DNA of 64,000 nucleotides from Eubacteriales bacterium (GTDB lineage Bacteria; Bacillota; Clostridia; Oscillospirales; CAG-272): NCBI GenBank assembly GCA_051867875.1, contig JBJDZG010000004.1, positions 12,832 to 76,831 of the forward strand, read 5' to 3'. Shown piece by piece: positions 62,901 to 64,000 of this stretch (position 1 is its first letter; each line of letters starts with the position of its first letter). The notes under the pieces were generated by a model. It saw only the letters and a program-made list of their open reading frames with translations, ran no database searches and was not told where the DNA came from. The position numbers and the translations under genes were made by a program.

Positions 62901-63349
62901 GCTACTCCGAATCCGGGGGTTGTGCAAGCGGGATCGGAATGAGCGTAAGACGTGGTGTTGTAATCGTGGTCAGCACCAACGTGAAGTCTGGACTGAGAGT
63001 TTCCGTAAGGAGAATACCAAAGTGTCATTGCCGCTACACCACCGCTACTGTAAGTTGCCTTGGGAGCAGCGGAGAAGATAACACCGGCTGCCTGACTTGT
63101 CGTAAAGCCGGAAATCTTCATTTCAATTGTAAGACCTTCAAGCTTTACCTTTTCGGTCGTATACGCCGTCGTAGCGTATTCAATGCCGGAAATTGAATAA
63201 TAACCGTCATTGGCTTCTGTTACGGTAGTTCCGTTTCCTGTAAAGGCAGGAACTTCCGTACTTCCGTTTTCTGCAAATACTAATGCCTGTCCGAATACTG
63301 AGAACATCATCGGAATCAAAAGTAAGAGCGCCAAAATTCTTCTTTTCAT
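59993..63349 (-). CDS. Large secreted repeat protein with five parts: two tandem ~200-aa uncharacterised domains, ~350-aa Ala-rich helical region, a third divergent domain copy, a Cys/His DxDxDG motif, and a (GDEP)n linker with C-terminal amphipathic FF tail
   Basis: Start set at ATG 63349 (MKRRILALLLLIPMMFSVFGQALVFA|EN), preceded by GGAGGaaaat. The internal duplication is visible by eye (GFGVAGSMV and WGNNANY occur in both copies). The C-terminus is ...CTEHVDADKDGKCDVCGE..(GDEP)4..LTFIQQLARFFRNIVDAIRNFFVGLIGKISG. Confidence 0.8.
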   Translation of the reverse strand: MKRRILALLLLIPMMFSVFGQALVFAENGSTEVPAFTGNGTTVTEANDGYYSISGIEYATTAYTTEKVKLEGLTIEMKISGFTTSQAAGVIFSAAPKATYSSGGVAAMTLWYSPYGNSQSRLHVGADHDYNTTSYAHSDPACTTPGFGVAGSMVLNTVTDADIKIEINSYDENTYAVKFTVAQDNLLWGNNANYADEEGGGHSCTVYMLKSTFASALDSEGKLYVSASGLTSPNYSIRVTEAAGAEEPETPVDPEPETPEVPGIVGASDSDWAAYAGSPVMNFAENGYTEVSNLSGWGVRSYYKHLVKFDGLEISFRSTSNKGDCAGIIFSGINGAYFGDDSPFSITYWNELYSGQARLHFGTNHNYNSSSVVYTAPEVSSANNGFGVAGSMVCSQAATMGWTIKFESYNDDFYSVKITMTDSSMWGNNANYNADEKSCTVYLPKATVADMLNENGECYVIAAGFPSGANPACVAEYKIVDDNYRAYLASDAVTGAQAKVEAYKTAADSITDAASYDAAMAAKSEALASLNGLRSRELAELNLLMAAVDAELAANEDIVLIVKKAVTDKLDAAKAAYDALVADATTLNNESLAAALALTNDAKAEYASRASMLSDDAKAEIDTAIAGLDYAHDYCIALLWVTTYESKIAALDANDPSIVDGLVEVKAYREAYTSTTAYVKITTVLNEEDKAALESAIAVCDEAVVNIETVVLPQLKESYIAAMEEKLKADLTIKPNLDDAKAAYAEIATYVTITEEDGELYSRYVAGYNTLKDACEAYVRAQIKEVSDLLTKQYTVLDEFKTVRNKFKGIKLDYLMEENAEIAAELADLELDISANVFYYMNSTNIPLVEWNNRGLAVESKVEFPARLNYNKPLNLKSGAEIVIELTSAAYYNNGSSANNLCFNFLASPDSYKSMSDGISIIIWLYPTESNVQIMNYTDVPLANSAIATPLDGGTITISVKYEEYYSFVEDATYWAYVIRVNEAEIVLTTEALTNNGHAVPDEVYFSMGSFADDKSYPNILTLVSANGVEFGMPEDKPECTEHVDADKDGKCDVCGEDVKVDDPDQPGDEPGDEPGDEPGDEPGEEELTFIQQLARFFRNIVDAIRNFFVGLIGKISG
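60099..60158 (-). repeat. Five tandem copies of a 12-nt unit inside the CDS, encoding the (GDEP)n linker
   Basis: Plus strand: ccgggctcgtca / ccgggctcgtcg / ccgggttcgtcg / ccgggttcgtcg / ccgggctggtca. Confidence 0.9.
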
Positions 63350-63400
63350 ATTTTCCTCCAAAAATATAAATTTTTATTAATTAATATGGCTGTGCCATAA

Positions 63401-64000
63401 TTAATTCGATTTGTACATATTGAGGTAAGATATCTCAACCTCAACGTCGTAGTTGCCGGGAAGCTCCCAGCCGATATTTGTGCTGCCGATTTTAAGCTGG
63501 TCAGCATTTGCTCCTGTCATCGCACCGTTCTGACGCGCTATTTTGAGAGCTTGTTTGATATAGGGAAGAATATCCACCTTAACGCTAACGTCTTTACCTA
63601 CAACTGCGGTGGGAATATTTACCGAGTCGGGCTGCTGTCCCGCAACGGACTGAAGAGAGAGCATATAGATGAATAATCCTGTGTTGTCCTCCTTGCCTCC
63701 GTCGTAAGAAGCAAAACCTGCGGGTGTACCGTTAAGCGCGCGGGTATCAAACATTGAGAAACCGAACCACATGGATTTGCCGTAGCTTTCACTGTCGGGG
63801 TTCATATCGGTAAGTGTGATGAACCACTGGAACTGTGCGGCATTAAGCTCGGTATTTACGGGGTAAAGCTCTCTGTCAACAAGACTGTCGCACTGCGTTA
63901 CCTTATAATCAACCTCCATGTAGAGATGCTCACAGCCGCTCGTGTCTGCGTTTACGGACTGTTCGATAAGAATATGAGGCCAGTTTTCAGTGCTGTCGGT
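63401..64000 (-). CDS. C-terminal part of a protein (5' end beyond the window) carrying the same uncharacterised domain as the SGNH lipoprotein C-terminus
   Basis: The reading frame stays open to nt 64000 (TDSTENWPHILIEQSVNADTSGCEHLYMEVDYKV...). WPHILIEQ, WFGFSMFD, YDGGKED and GWELPGNYDVEVEI align with WPHTLISQ, WFGITLWD, AEDAGKED and GFEVTGTYNVAAQI of the 783-aa protein. Confidence 0.75.
   Translation of the reverse strand, partial: TDSTENWPHILIEQSVNADTSGCEHLYMEVDYKVTQCDSLVDRELYPVNTELNAAQFQWFITLTDMNPDSESYGKSMWFGFSMFDTRALNGTPAGFASYDGGKEDNTGLFIYMLSLQSVAGQQPDSVNIPTAVVGKDVSVKVDILPYIKQALKIARQNGAMTGANADQLKIGSTNIGWELPGNYDVEVEISYLNMYKSN

Overview
This 64 kb window looks like chromosomal DNA from a spore-forming, PolC-type Firmicute, probably a Clostridia-class anaerobe. 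The evidence is polC, two T-box leaders, an rnfCDGEAB operon, an alpha/beta-type SASP gene and a CotF-like spore coat gene. Hand-counted lines in housekeeping genes give roughly 48-53% G+C. Most of the window is conserved core: ruvB (truncated at the edge), gpmI, rluD-lspA, T-box-ileS, ylmH-sepF, miaA, the Rnf complex, RNase P RNA, TPP riboswitch-thiT and mfd-pth-polC. It continues with the ispG-rseP-dxr-cdsA-uppS-frr-pyrH block, rlmH, galK, wecB, a three-gene tRNA operon (Gly-Arg-His), prfC and T-box-alaS. Two regions stand out. (1) At about 42.6-44.7 kb there is a visibly AT-rich two-gene insert (about 28-30% G+C in hand-counted lines). It sits between the tRNA operon terminator and a DUF1934 gene. 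It encodes a beta-class N6/N4 DNA methyltransferase and a 266-aa protein with a PD-(D/E)xK-type D..ExK motif, so it is a compact restriction-modification island with no mobility genes. (2) At about 52-64 kb all genes are on the minus strand. A GH65 glycoside phosphorylase/beta-phosphoglucomutase pair is preceded by four large secreted or surface proteins. These are a metallophosphoesterase fusion, an SGNH-hydrolase lipoprotein, a 1118-aa repeat protein and a truncated paralog. They share uncharacterised domains, and two of them end in the same unusual module: an acidic/Pro linker followed by an FF..FF amphipathic tail. I regard this tail and its modular surface-protein cluster as the best candidate for something undescribed. 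All of it rests on by-eye alignment and needs database and structure checks. I saw no CRISPR array, rRNA gene, transposase or integrase.
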